Below, piece after piece: positions 29,607 to 42,825 of a stretch of 64,000 bases of DNA. Every line of letters starts with the position of its first letter. The stretch's first letter is position 1. The translations under genes were made by a program, and so were the position numbers. This stretch comes from Daphnia carinata (lineage: Eukaryota): positions 10,478,001-10,542,000 of the forward strand of contig NC_081331.1 of the NCBI RefSeq assembly GCF_022539665.2, written 5' to 3'. The notes below the pieces were generated by a model, which worked only from the letters and a program-made list of their open reading frames with translations, made no database searches and had not been told where the DNA came from.

Positions 29607-30922
29607 CCTTTTTAAAAATAAAAATAGAAAAAAAATATCTGATGGAAATTGTGCTACACATCGTGCTGCTGCTTAATCTGATTCTCTGTTTTTTTTTGTG
29701 TATGTGTGGACACCAGTTAATCTCATTCATTTAGCTGATCCGAGCGACCGTAAAATGGCGACAACTAAAGGGAAAAAAAAACTGAAAAAAAAAAACTCGG
29801 CCACACTATCCCTTTTTTCTGATTTTCTTAGACGTATTTATATCATTTCAAAAAGAATACCTTGTCGTGAATTGTCTGAAGGTTTTTTGTAAATATTTTT
29901 TCTCTGGTATCATCTGGCCGAATAATAAATAAAATCCTCCCCTAGATTTATTTTTCTCGTCTTGACCTTCCATCTGAACATTACCTCTTCTTTATCTTTT
30001 TTCCCGTTGTAGAATCCCAATTTTTACGATAACGTGAAAAATGAACACTGTCCAACTCCAACCCCTCCCATCTGTCTCTCTGTATCCCTGTCCCGTATTC
30101 CCTTACATTCAGTTGCTCGTGATTTTTTCCCCATGACTTGATATTTGACAAATAAATCGCTTTTCATACTGGCGATTTATTTCCTGATTCATTCGCCGGC
30201 TGTCGGTCTACTAATTTACTTGAACTTGTGTCTTTACGTGTCTGTGTGTGCCGCGAGAACAAAAGGATTAAGTAAACGTAATTTAAAGCAAACGTCTTTT
30301 ATGTTTTAATTTAGATACCTGGCGTATTTTGCAGTTGTTATTCGAATGAGTTATTTATTTTGTTTGGGATTAGGCAGGACATTCAATTGCACAATTAAAC
30401 CACCAGTATAATACGACGCACGGCTAAAGTGTGCAGAAGTATAGAGATACCATAAAAAACACTATAAAAGTAGGCAATGTACGGTCTATTTTCTTGCAAA
30501 TTCGTTCCTACGTCCTACAAATTGGTCGATCGCCTTCCGAAACTCAGGATCCTCGATTGTGCAGGTAGTCGGGAAGGGCATTTATTATTATTGATTTCCA
30601 ACTTATCCAATCCCTTGAAATAGCCAACACGAGCTTTTAATATTCTCTCATAGATGTCTTTTGCCGTGGTTCCTCTGTCAAATTTCCTTTTTTTTGGCTC
30701 CTAAATCCTCACGGTTTTTTGTTTGCGTGGTCAGATAGGCTGTTGTTTATTTTGATAATGTACGAGTTGTTAGAATGGTGAATTAAAACCAAAATTAAAA
30801 CATTTAAACCTAACCGCTAAACGTTCACCTCCGGTGTGTAAGCTACTGTTCAAACATCAGTGTTTCCTGCGTCGATCTTTACCGCCTAAAACTTCGTTCA
30901 AATACCTCTTCATATTTAAAGA

Positions 30923-33416
30923 ATGGAAATGGATATGATAATTCCCCTAAATCTTAATTTAAGGAGGAAGCGAGAAAATTTTGAAGAAAATGAAGGCTCT
31001 TCCCCTTCAAAACCCATTTTGAAACCAGAACAACCACAGAAGACATTGCCTGCATTCATTGAACGGGACAAAATAAGTAAAAACTTAAATCCTGACAATT
31101 ACATGCAGAAACCGTCAAATCATCATGGAAATCTTAAGTATACCTATATTGTTGAACGAGATGATGGAGAAGAAATCAGTTTTCCTTCTCACATAATACG
31201 GTATACCAAAACAGAACCACAAATTTCGTACTGTGAGAACCCTCACTTTGTTAAAGGAGTATACCAGTCTAGAAAAGAAATTTTTGATGCTGCTGATGAA
31301 GACTCTAAGAGGACTATGCATGTTATTATGAACAGCAACTCAGCATCCTGTCAAAACCGAGAATTTTTGGGAAGATACAGGAAGTGGTATGCAAGCAAGG
31401 AACTTTTTGTGGGCAAGGTTACAGAAGATTCTGAAAATCCACCTGTTTCTTTTGCTACTCAATGGGAAACTGATTCGGAAGAGGAGTCAGACTTTCGAGA
31501 CCACGGAGATTACAACATGGATTTCCTCCCAAAACCACCAGCTCACCTATTAAACACGAAGCTTATTTCAAAAGTAAAAATCAACAAAGTTGAATTGCCT
31601 TTCTTTGAAGATGATGACTTCCTAACAAGTCTCGTTTCCTCACAAACGAATGTGAAAAAAGAGGTTGCTTTGGATCCGCTAAAGCTCGAAACTAAAGACT
31701 TTCAAAAAGAATATTCTGATTTCATGCCAAGCCTGGAAAACTCCTGTGAAAAGCGGACTGTTTTTGGTTATGAAACGAAGGATATGTCAGACGAATCTTC
31801 TGCTTTCTTCAGCCGGAATCATGACAAAAAAGAAACAATTCATGAGGGAAAAGAAATTCAAGTTAAACAATCCAGTTCCCCTAACCCAAGCCTGGAAGAT
31901 CATAAGGACACGCTACAAGTCGGACATGCGGTAAAGCTCGAGCCCAGTCAATCACCAATGCAATTCGATCGACACCTTGAAAATAAAAGCTCGTGGATAG
32001 AGAATAACGACAATGGAGACAGAAAACGCTGCGCACCTAGTCCCGACTGGGATGAAGAGTGGCGATCATCACGTTATCAGTCCTCCCGAGACGAGGGAAG
32101 AGGTACTTCACCCTCTCAAAGAAGAGATCCACGTACCTCAAATATCCACGCTAACATGGAAGATTGGGGAAAAAACAAAGAATGCAGTGATATGGCCGCA
32201 ATGGAAACAACAGACCTAATGACATTAGACGCGAAAAGAATTTCTTTGGACGAACGATTGGAACTCGAATTGGGGATCAAAGTTGATTCTGAGGTGCCAA
32301 TAACAACAATTATGCCATCCCCTGAATCAGCTGTCGAACATTTCTCATGGACCTTCGATTCGTATGGCATGTCAACCAGTCCAGTTAAACGGTAAAATTT
32401 CTATTTAAACTCGCGTTTGATTATTTTCATCGGAGTTTCACCAATGGTTTGATTCCTATTTAGGGCAAGAGGCTTTGGACCAAAGGCTGCTCCTCTCGGA
32501 CCCTGGATTTTGCATTGTCGTAACAGAGCGCTTCCCGCTGCACCCTACATTCCCCCACACCTCCAGAGCGTACTCTATCAGCCATTGGTACGAATCATTC
32601 CTCCGAAGAAAGAAAATACAACACCAGAAGAAGTTCGGACGGAGAATAATGAAGAAAAAAATCCTGGTACCCAAACAGAGGACCTTGCAAAGCCTGATGG
32701 GGAAGTGAAAAAGGACTGGGATAAGGAGCTCAAAAATCTAGAAGCTGTGGCTAGTAATCTAGAAGTTGCAGATGAAACTGTGCTCGAGGCATTGGAGGAA
32801 AAACTGTTGCTGTTTGAAACATCCAACATTCTTCAGTCTGGGTAACAATCGTATCATACAACTGTATCAGACTTTGCTTTATTTTCACCATCTGTCTGAT
32901 AGTGGTGATTCGCCTTCCCTTGAAGCCAAGGAGGAAAAGAATAAAGTGGTGAAAAGAGGAAAGCGTCCAAAACCACCACCGGTGGAGCTCAAGGAACCTG
33001 GAAAGGGAATATTGGTAATGCCTCGCATTAGCCTGTTGGATGAAGAAAGCGGCAACCAGAAAAAAACTGTCATATTTGCAGACAGCGTTCGCCCTGGTTA
33101 TGGAACTTCGTCCGAAGATGAGGACGAACATATACGGTCTCCACCACCACCTGTCGTTCAGGTGACACCTCTTGCTGAGACATTACCCAAGAAGAAGATG
33201 AAAAAGGCCAAAAAGGAGAAGATTGTTGAAAACGATTTTGATCCAGTTTTTGATCTCCTACCACCCCCTCCCCCTCCACCTGGGTCACCTCCACCAAAGG
33301 TCACAACTCCTGTATTGTCGCAAAGTCCACTTCCTCAAATTTTGTCAGATGCAACTATTGTCGCAGATGCACCCGTGGCGAGCTCACCTCAACTGATTGA
33401 ATCGGGCGCATGTTGA
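30923..33416 (+). CDS. Uncharacterised, largely disordered protein with an RVxF-type PP1-docking motif and Pro-rich C-terminus, 3 exons
   Basis: Exons 30923-32391, 32464-32841 and 32903-33416 join in frame through GT-AG introns. Contains KKTVIFADSVRPG and a polyproline run; AATAAA at ~33477. Confidence 0.75.
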
Positions 33417-33708
33417 CGGCACTGTGTAAATAATCGATGTCATTTTCGGCTAAATCCCTGATTTTTTTTTAAGAGCAATAAATTTGTTTAATTACAACAA
33501 AGAAAATTTATTTGAATGTCACCTTGGAAGGAAATATATGGAAACAGCAATCGATTCTATTATGGGTTGCGCGGAATTGCCTTGTTGAAAAATTGAAAAG
33601 TCGTCTGCTTCTCACCTTGCTTCTCTTTCAGTGGATAAAACTTCTTGTCTTTCCCGTCTCAACTAAAGTGCAATAATATATAGTGAATTTTGTTATTTAA
33701 AATTGAAA

Positions 33709-34302
33709 ATGAGTTTAGAACAGACGGCGTGCGAAGGTGAATTAGAGTAAAAATTTGTCTCATTCTGCTGCATAGCATGGTCTCTAATTAAAGCCCATAA
33801 ATGATAGTTATAACTTCTTTGATGCACTAGATTTGAAAGCCTTTGAAAGGCGTCTCACCGAAGTAATACAATCCATACAACCTTCCACAATAAGATGGAG
33901 AGGTATAATTTTATTTAGTTTTAATCACTTAAAAATGTAAGCCTCACTGTTTCTATCTTTGTAGTTTTGTTGGCATTTATTTCTATCTGCACAGCTGTTG
34001 GAGCCTGGCAGTGGCTTGTGGATCCTGAAACTATGCAAGTTTCTTTCCTGTATTCCCTGTACAATCACCTCTTCTTCACCATTGCCTCACTACTGCTAGG
34101 TAAGTGTTACATAATTTAGGATTAAAGTGGAACACATTTTAACACGTGAATCTTCGAAGTGTTCTTATTTGTGACTGGGATCCACAAACGAGTAGTTGCC
34201 CCTTCAATAGTAGCCTCAAGGGCCAGACAAGTATTGACTGATTTCAACATGTCTTGTGATGACACAGGCAAGCTGATCCTAAAGCCGAGACCTTCATCAT
34301 GA
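33709..34302 (+). CDS. CNEP1R1: CTD nuclear envelope phosphatase 1 regulatory subunit 1 (TMEM188/Spo7-like), 4 exons (missed by the ORF track)
   Basis: Exons 33709-33736, 33831-33902, 33965-34099, 34160-34302 give [36 protein letters not shown]...[11 protein letters not shown]...[45 protein letters not shown]. Confidence 0.95.
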
Positions 34303-36659
34303 TGTGATTATCATCGTACATGACTAATTGTTCCTTATTTTGTAAATTGGGAGAGAATAGAAAACATCCCTCACCAGCTATTACTTCACAAGTTGCAACT
34401 GCTAGACCATGTTTTATTTCCAGCTTTTGGATGAGAGCCTTCACGCATGCGTCTTTCCGCGTTCCCAACACTAGCTGCCCACCATGCACACGCAACAGAA
34501 TGGTAAGGGTATCTCTCGTTGCTTTCCATGAGTTTTTCAGTTCCGCTGGAAACGTTCTCGTAGTGTGGCATGTGAAAGCTTCGCCGAAAGGAGTTATATA
34601 GCTTGTCTTCGTGAGCGACATTTTTGGACTCATTTTCGTCATTCACCCAAACTATCAAATGTAAGGTAACAAAAACCTGTTATTAATGATACATCCACTT
34701 TGGATGCTAAACCGCGCTTATCCTGCATCATCAAAAAAAAAAGACAAAAAAAAAATCGTTTACACACTTTAATCGAATTCTATTGGGCGTTCGGTTGGCA
34801 TTGATCGTTGTAAAAAAAAAAGACATGTTTCATCAGCCTCCAAAAGGAAAAGTTTACTCATGCAAGTTTAATGCAGGGGATGAGTATGTCATATTCGTCT
34901 GCGAGCGGATCGCGTGTTCAATCTAATCAACAAGCTTTCTTTTTATTCCTTGTCGTGCCGTCGGGATGGAAATAACGTAGTATCGCGTAAGAAACAGGAA
35001 AGGCGCGACATGGGTCTTTCCTCTTCCTTTTTTTTAAAGAAAAAAAAACAAGGACGCAAATGCAATTTGAATCGATCAACTGAAGAACTGGAAATAAATG
35101 TGTGAGGCAGAAAGAAAGAGACTCGAGCTCAAGTGTTCCTTTACTCCCTCGACTGCCCTTTCTTTGTGTGCCCAACGAGCTGTAGAGATAAAGAGCTAGC
35201 GTGGTAGCTTGCGAGCGGTTCCTATTGGGTATTGTTTCCGTTGATCGCTTCCGCTGATGGAAACATGTCCTTCTATGTCCTCCACAATAACAAGCGAAAA
35301 CGACAAAAATAAAGATAAGAAGAGGAGGGAAAAAAAAGAGAACTGGATGGAAATCCTTTTTCTGTTTGCTAGTTGTATTGGTTTACTTGCTTGAAAAACT
35401 CGACTGCTCAACTTATACGGGAAAAAAAAAATTATTATGTTTTCTTTTCTTCTTCATTTTTGTTTATTTTTTTTTTTTTCGCCCCTTAGCTCCTTTCATG
35501 TCGTGCACTTTTTTTTGTATGTGTCTTTGGTCCCGCACCCTTTTCTTTTAAAATCTGTATGTGTGTGTGTGCACGGGTTTTCGGGAGAGAAGTGAATTGA
35601 TTGTATTCGCTGTGGGAAAAGTTTGTTTTGTGTTTGGGCCACAGGGAGAAAAAAAGGAGTTTTCCTCATTTTAGGCCTTATTACATTGTTGTGCGAATGA
35701 CGTCCTTTTTCCCCCCCATTTTTCAAAGACACACAAAAAAGTTAGTTTGACTTTGCTTCTGGTTCTTTTACGAATTGGCGACTCCACAGATGTAATTACT
35801 TCGAAGCGGGCGGGACTCGGGGATCCAATTCAATGTTCCAATGAATATTTCGTAAAAAAAAAAAAAAAAAAAAGACTGAAAACTAATGTGCCGGGAAAGG
35901 TATGTAAGACGCGTGCAAGGAGCGATTACTTGTTTGCATGCAGGTTATTGTGTTTTCCCTATCGTTAATGTTTCCTTTCTTTTATACTTTTGCTGTTACA
36001 GCAACGTACCCAATATCATTTTCATCAATTTCTGTTTTTGTTGTTCTGTTTGTAAAATCAGTAACCCCTCCAATTACATCCGTGGAATGGATCCGGTCTC
36101 TCCGACGTTTCCATCATCGAATCCACTTGTGCAACATTCCATACCATGAGTGGCAACGTTGTTAATATTATCCCCCCCGCTACTTGCTTTGTTTGTTTGT
36201 TGTCTTGTATTTCTTTTTTTTTATCCCCTTTTTTTTCCGCCAAGATGATAGAAACAAGAAAAAGAAAACTTCCAGAGTTTGCACCATCATCCCTACTCGG
36301 ATGATGAGAAGTGTGTTAGCTTCGGTTCGTTATTGGGCGTGTTTGTTATATGTGACTAGAGCGCTTGTCGCCAACCCACTTCAACTGGCGCCGAGCTCTT
36401 CAGAAAACTATTTGGAGAGAAAAGGGAGACGGAGGGCACTCAATCGCAAGACGCCGGCCGTACACACGACGGGCGACGACAATGCACACACATCAACTTT
36501 CGTTTGATTTCTCTTCTTTTCTTCTCCATCTTTTTTTTTTTTTTTTTTTCCTTCTTCTATTTAGCCCGTGTTCAGGCGACGTTCTAGTGGTGCTGCTTCT
36601 CCTGTTTGGATACAATAGCCGTACTGATTTCTTGCCCTTGTGTATCTGTGTGAGTGTGC

Positions 36660-36662
<3 letters not shown>

Positions 36663-36698
<36 letters not shown>

Positions 36699-36779
36699 TT
36701 TCTCTTCCGTGAAAAAAGAAAAAAAACGCTGCCGAAGGCGCGGGATGCTGAGCTTCGGAGGGAGGGAATCGTATAAAGG
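36663..36779 (+). promoter_or_regulatory. (GA)n tract plus TATA box upstream of the beat-like gene
   Basis: About 16 GA units at 36663-36694 (GAGA-factor-type site) and GTATAAAGG at 36771-36779, about 170 bp upstream of ATG 36945. Confidence 0.5.
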
Positions 36780-36944
36780 CCGCGGCGCGAATTGATCGAC
36801 CGACATCACGCACACGGCACCGCTTGGTGTGAAGGGGAGGAAACGAAGTGGAGAGCGACACGCGCAAAAGAGAAAAAAAAAAGAAGCTCATATTGTGCAC
36901 AAGTGAAGGAAGTATCAAAGTTTAAACACGCATAGAAAATAAAA

Positions 36945-39900
36945 ATGAAGAGGAAAATCTCGTGTCCTTCGTCCGTCTTCATCGCAGTCTCTTCCGTCAT
37001 TCTCTACGCCAGCTACAAATGTAAGTTCAACATTTCAATCACCCATGTCTATAACTTTTTAGAAGGGGGAAATGTTCTGTCTCTTTTCACCCCACCTTTT
37101 TTTTTTCGGGGAGATATTTTTCAATCATTCAAGCTTCAAATTTTTGGGGATTTCATTTTCTCGCAACTGTCATCCTTTTCTTCGATAACCCTTTGGAAAT
37201 TTTAATAAGTCACTACAAAGTAAAAATCAAAGAATCCATCGATCGCTAACTTTTATCCAAAGAAATGGTATATCCTGATTGGGGAGAAAAAAAGTTTTGA
37301 ATCCTTTTACCTTATTCAGTTGCTTTTTATACAAGCCTTTTGTACAGCATTTTCTTTTTTTCAAAATTTTTCCTTTTAATCAATTCTAACCATTTCGATG
37401 TCGAGTGGATAGACCTGTCGCTATTATGTCTAGTTATAGTACCCTGGCCCCTGAGAATGATTTATTGAAATGCTCTGTTCAATTTATCCGTGACCAAGAA
37501 GTTCAGCAATGAACTGAAAAAAAAATAATTGGTTTATATCAGATCGATATGTAAGTTTTATCGAATAAGCAATGACCAAAGGCTTTCCTTTTTTAAAAAA
37601 TTTTTTATATATTTTTTTGGGTTATGCTTTCTTTTATTTTCAATTTTTTTTATTGCATTGCTGTGCCTACTCGCGTGCTAAAACATGGTGTGGCTGTTGA
37701 ACGCAGGTGACGCTCTGGTCATCACGCAGATGATTGTACCTAGTCACGTACAACGGGGATCTGACGCCGTGCTCCGTTGCCTCTACGACCTGGACGGCGA
37801 TTCCTTATATTCAGTCAAATGGTACAAGGGATCTCACGGTACGTACACAAATAGATTATAATAATAACACATGCGAAGCATACATATTTCAACAACAAAA
37901 ATGTATTGAATTGAATTTTTTTTTTTTTTCGTAGAATTTTTCGGTTACGTGCCTAAGGAAACGCCACAGTTCAGAGTATTCCCTTGGTCGAATTTCAGCG
38001 TACACGTGAGTGAATCTTTTTTTTATTTTTCCACTAGACGTTATAAAACTCTCGCCATCTTGTCGTGGATTTTGTTGCTTTGCGCTGTTTGAAAATGAGC
38101 GCAATCAGAGTTCCCTGCACGTCTTGTCGGTTGTGTGTTTGCACAGAGTTGCGGCCATCTCTAAAGTTTCCTTATTGACTGATCTTCTTTTGTAAAGCAT
38201 GTTTAATTACATCCGAGAGTAGAGTTCCTAATACGTCGGCCTGCTGACTATAGCAAAAGGGAAAGGGGAAGGGGGGGGACAGGGCGTGTCTGTGTGTGTG
38301 TCTAGTATGTAGTCAGCCATAGTAAATAGTCGAGTACCTATTACTTTAGCAAGTCCCCGAACATACACACATACTTGGCGTATCTGCTACATCGTTTGCG
38401 AGTCTATTTATATACTTGCTCTGCGTAGCAGCGATTAAGTGCGGACCGTTATGCGTTTCAGACCAGCTTGTATAAGTAGCCTCATGGAGCAGTTGCTGAT
38501 TTGCATACCTTCGGGAGAAGAGGGATTGCAAATACGAAAAATAGGTAGATGTTCTGTCACGGTTGGCTTATTTACGTGTACGGAAGGGGCAAATAAGTGC
38601 AAGGGGCGAGGGGAAGGGGGTATGTGTCTAGAGAGTTGAACGCTGTGACGTTTCTCGCCCATTATTCATCAATGCAAACTTTCGTTTCCCTTCATCCGTC
38701 GAAAGTGCGGGCGCCCTTTACAGAAATGGCCCTACGTCTACTTACTTTAGGCTGGCACAATTAGTCCAGCTTCATTAAGTTGGTCTTATGGCAGGAAACC
38801 TTAACACTGATGTGACGTCACACGGGGGTAATAACGACATGCGAGGCTACGCAGTTGCGCAATTTACATTTTCGGGTGTCTTCCGGGAACGAACAAAAAG
38901 GAAAAAAAAAAAATGCAGATTATAGATAAACAATTGGAAATGATTTTGTTTTTTGAAAGAAATGCTACTGCCAATTATTTTTAAACCAAAAGGTTTACAT
39001 CCCAATTTTTGAATTGATTTTCTTTTGTTTGGATGGAAAGACGTTTTGCCCCGATTGCTCTGCTTTTCTCGCTACGCTCTACGCTAAACGTATGCCAAAT
39101 AATGGTCTTGAAGTCTACACGGGCGATTGCATTTCACTTTGACTTGAACTAAGTTACATTTTCCTTCACTACGACGACTAGAGATTTCGTCTAGTTAGAG
39201 AGAGAAGTGAGGTTCATTATCCAACTTCTCTCTTCGTTCCATTTTTGCAGGCAAACTTGAATTCGAATGCGAATCATTCAAATGTGCTATTCAATACGCA
39301 AATGCGCGTATGTTATAATAATCATTTTTCTATCCTGCATCCTCTACACTTTACCTCCCACTCGGAAAACAATGATCAAACTGTTGTAAATTGTTGTCTT
39401 GGAGTAGTTTTCTTCAATCGTTCAATTCGATTGAGGACATTCGAAACGATCAGATTGGTTTTTTCTTTATATGTTGTTCTTGTTGTTTGTTTTCTCTCCA
39501 ATTTTTTTTTCCTGTAAAAATCGTAGCTTGCTGGTGGCTGGTAGATAACGTCAGACAGGTTATATTCAAGTGATTGGCGACGGCGCATATCGATGATGGC
39601 AGGCTGACGGCCTATTTTTTTGCCTTTCCTTTTTTTTTTTTCGTTCAATAGTTACAACCAAGTTTAGCAGCCCCTCGAAATCCTATAAACATCCACAATG
39701 TGTACTTACCTTAAAACGCCGTACGAAAAAAAAGGGCAGCACTGCAGACGCACTCGTTTCATCGAAATGTACATGTATGTCTAAGGATCCAGATAGTCTC
39801 GCTCTCTACAATAGTGTACCGCCAGCAGCTTTTACTTTAGACAAACATGACGTCTACGTTTTTACGCATCGGTTATCTATTTGTATATATATATATATAT

Positions 39901-42680
39901 ATACCGTATGAGGTCTACTCTGTTTTTTTCTTTGTCGTTCTCGACTTTCTGACATTGTTAATATTTTTCTATGTGTTTACGATTTGAGAGGATCTAACAT
40001 CCGTAAAAATTGGATTCCATAGGTACCGCTGTGCGTCCTTATGGCTGCTAGGTAGTCATTGAATAACACACACAAAAAAGGGGGGATGTTTAATGTTTGG
40101 ATGCGCGTATCGATGACATTTAATGTTTATTCTTTCGCGAAATAGCAGACTGTCTTGTGGCACAGTCTTGCAATAAGTGCGGTGCTATTTATTTCACTTT
40201 TTGTTTTTCTCGTTTAATAACGCACACCACCAAGTCTTGCATTTGTTGCCGAGTGGTGCTGTCTCATTCGGTTCCCCCCTTTTTTTTTTGTTTTTTTCGT
40301 TTGCTCTCGGGTGTTTTTGTTGTGGTTGCACTTGTCGTCTATGGTAATCTGATGGGCGGATCTCGCAGATGTCGCGTCCCATAACATCAATGGGCGGCAT
40401 CATCTGCTGTGATCACGATCGATTCTTCTGCACCATTTCTCGTTTTTGTCTCGCCCGTGTTTTACGTGTACGAATTTCCCTAGTTGAAGTGCCATAATTC
40501 TTATTTATTTACTTATTTGCATTTATTTTTTCCTTTTTAATTTGCACGGGAGCAGTACGACGAGCAGGAAATAGGAAAAGTTCACTTAAAAGCCGTGACC
40601 CGCGAAGCTGAAGGCAGGTAATGTCCTAACTGTGCGGTGCGATTCGCACGGCCGGTAGATTCACTTTACATTTGAAATTGGTTGAATATTCCAACTGCTC
40701 ACAAGTCGGCAAACGAAAATGTATGCTAATTCAATTGAAAAATGGATGACGTAGATACAAGTGCGAAGTATCGACCGAGGGGCCTCATTTCAATACCGAC
40801 TACCGCGAAGACAATCTCACTGTCTACGGTAAAAAGAAATTTTCAGATCAGCATATTTGATTTGATTATTTATTTATCTGTTCAAACGTCTATCGTTGCC
40901 AATGTTTTCAGATATCTACAGCGATGGACCGCTAATGGTGGGCCATCCTACCAACGATTTGAAGCCGGGCAACCAACTGCGTTTCACCTGTTCATTTCGC
41001 AAATCGAGACCTAAACCGATTCTTTCTTGGTTCGTTGATAGTCAAGAGGTACGCCACTTAAATTTCGATTGTTTTGGTAGTTTTTTTTATTTGATGGGTC
41101 TCAACTCGTTCAGTCTTTCAGTTGCGATGACGACAAACATAAGTTGGCTAGTAAAACCCAACGATGTAGTTAATGAGCTCGTTAAGCAAATTGATGCGCT
41201 TTACCGCAAAGCAGAAAACAAAAAAAAAATCAAAGTCAAACAATTTAAAAAAAAAACGAGTTATGGTTAAATGTGCTTTTATCTCGAATCTGTATGGAAA
41301 TGTATTTCAGACGGTCAACAAAGTAGAATCGCGCTACGTCATGGAGTCTACCCTGTTGGCGGACAAGAAGAGTACTAACGGAAGCGGGCTGGAATTGTGG
41401 TCGGCCGAATCTGAATTGAGCATCTGGCCATCGGCCAGGCAGCTGGAAAGAAAATTTCTGAACGTGGCCTGTCGGGCCATCGTTCTCAACGAAACGGTCT
41501 ACCAGCGAGTTGCATCGACCAATGTCACAACAACGTCAGCGTTGACCGTTCAACTCCAACAGCAGGTGCAACGCTCACGGGTGTCATCAACCTCTTCATC
41601 TTCCAGCATGTCACCGGTGAACTCCTCCGGCCAGCAACATCAAGTCTCCGCCTCTATGGCCTCGTCTCAGCACAGCCGCGATTCCTACTCATTCTCAGCG
41701 GCCAGCAAAGGTAGGATCATTTCAAATAACAAAGTTGTTTCTCGTTTTTTTTTTGTTTTTTTTTTGCGAAACTGAGTCAAGAAAATCGAAGGCAGACATT
41801 TCTTTTTTCTTGTCCATTTTTTTCCTACTGCGATGGCTCCACCTACTCGGCGGATCATTTTCCAAATGTAAGAAGGGAATCGGGTGTATATAGAAAGGAT
41901 TTCAAACTGTTTGATCGATGATGCTGCCATTGCCGTCTAGAAGGCCGAACTGACGAGTAATCTGATTCGTACCGTCGTCAAATGAAATCTGCCGTTGCTG
42001 ATGTATAGACGTTACGCGGAAAAGACGGTAGTGCGTAGCTTGATTGAATAGGAAAGAAAAAAAAAACGTGAGATCTATCCGACCGTGCCGTAGGTTTTTT
42101 TCTTTTTTTTCCACAATTGCGGGGGCTGTACACATTTCAGGGTTTTAGCTGAATAAGAAAAATCAAACGCGCAGCTACACTTCTTCAAGTGTAATGGAAG
42201 CTCCTTTTTCATTTGCTGTTATTTTCGTGAATATTATACAGCTGCTGATTTGTTTATTTATTTTTATTTTTTGCGCGGTTCCCCACTTTCTCGACGCCTT
42301 TTGAGATTGGCGCTATTGTTGTGCGTGTTTGCAATTGCGCGGATGGCAATGTAGTTGTACCGAACGATGTGGGCTTGATACATAGACGTTGCCTCATTTC
42401 CTTCCATTTCTTTTCCGTGTGGCAGCGATCGAATAGTCTCCGGATATGACGCACACGTAGCTCATATTTTATACAATGATGATGATGATGATTTTTTTTT
42501 TCTTTTTCGATCGAAGGGAGATGTGTATGTATTTATATATGTGTCTAATATCAATTGCGAATATTTGTGTACGTCGGTTTACTCGCAGGCCAAGGAGGTT
42601 CCAGCGCCGCCCGGCCCATCCTGCTCCTCGTGGAATTATGGCTCTTTGTTGTCGGCTTGAGTGCCGCTCTACTCAGTTGA
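36945..42680 (+). CDS. Beaten-path (Beat) family two-Ig-domain cell-surface protein, 8 exons
   Basis: Exons 36945-37020 (signal peptide), 37707-37838 (AVLRCLYDLDGDSLYSVKWYKG), 37935-38005 (EFFGYVPKETP), 40556-40617, 40755-40828 (YKCEVSTEGPHF), 40912-41048 (TCSFRKSRPKPILSWF), 41311-41710 (Ser/Gln-rich stalk), 42589-42680 (hydrophobic C-terminal tail). All junctions are in phase. Confidence 0.88.
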
Positions 42681-42790
42681 CGCGACGTCGTCCTCGACTG
42701 GCATCTTCGCCCATAATATTTTTTTTTTTTTCGTTTTTTTTTTCCTTGATTTTTTTTCGGGCTGAATGAGTCAGCCTGCCGTACACGAAA

Positions 42791-42825
<35 letters not shown>

